Positions 15,395 to 15,542 of a stretch of 15,542 nt of DNA are shown piece by piece. Origin of the DNA: Candidatus Micrarchaeia archaeon (GTDB lineage Archaea; Micrarchaeota; Micrarchaeia; CABMEP01). The notes under the pieces were generated by a model, which worked only from the letters and a program-made list of their open reading frames with translations, was not told where the DNA came from and made no database searches. Position 1 is the stretch's first letter. Each line of letters starts with the position of its first letter. The position numbers and the translations under genes are program-made. The stretch covers positions 1 to 15,542 of the forward strand of contig JAVZXS010000011.1 in assembly GCA_038886535.1 (NCBI GenBank). The letters run 5' to 3'.

Positions 15395-15542
15395 TTGTAA
15401 AGAACGAAGCCCATCAGCTAGAAGAGATTTTACGTCAGGTTGAACCTGTAGCAGATGAAATAGTTGTGGTCGATACGGGATCGGAAGATGATACGGTTAA
15501 AATAGCCAAGCATTATACTCCTTTTGTTTTTTTCTTTCCGTG
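15364..15542 (+). CDS. GT2 family glycosyltransferase, 5' part (runs off the window end)
   Basis: ATG 15364 gives MVEKSLSVCMIVKNEAHQLEEILRQVEPVADEIVVVDTGSEDDTVKIAKHYTPFVFFFP, a paralogue of 12231-13853. Overlaps the GT9 stop. Absent from the ORF track. Confidence 0.9.
   Translation, partial: MVEKSLSVCMIVKNEAHQLEEILRQVEPVADEIVVVDTGSEDDTVKIAKHYTPFVFFFP

Overview
AT-rich bacterial chromosomal window with three blocks. (1) 1-446, minus strand: a tRNA-Pro(GGG) gene, then an unannotated 33-codon leader ORF with the regulatory run W-Y-G-F-F-F-F-F, six mutually exclusive pairing segments and a Rho-independent terminator, directly ahead of the first 19 codons of a probable type I-beta DAHP synthase. 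This looks like a ribosome-mediated transcription attenuator that could sense all three aromatic amino acids. (2) about 545-10934: a recognisable but remodelled Pel exopolysaccharide locus. pelE-pelF-pelG-pelA-pelB lie on +, and pelC-pelD lie convergently on -. PelA has only the glycoside hydrolase domain, with no deacetylase module and a possible out-of-frame C-terminal relic. PelB appears split into two separately translated genes. (3) 11206-15542, plus strand: a translationally coupled glycosyltransferase operon (CgeB-like GT, GT2-TPR, GT9, partial GT2), possibly for flagellin or surface glycosylation. All calls rest on motif recognition by eye; no searches were run.
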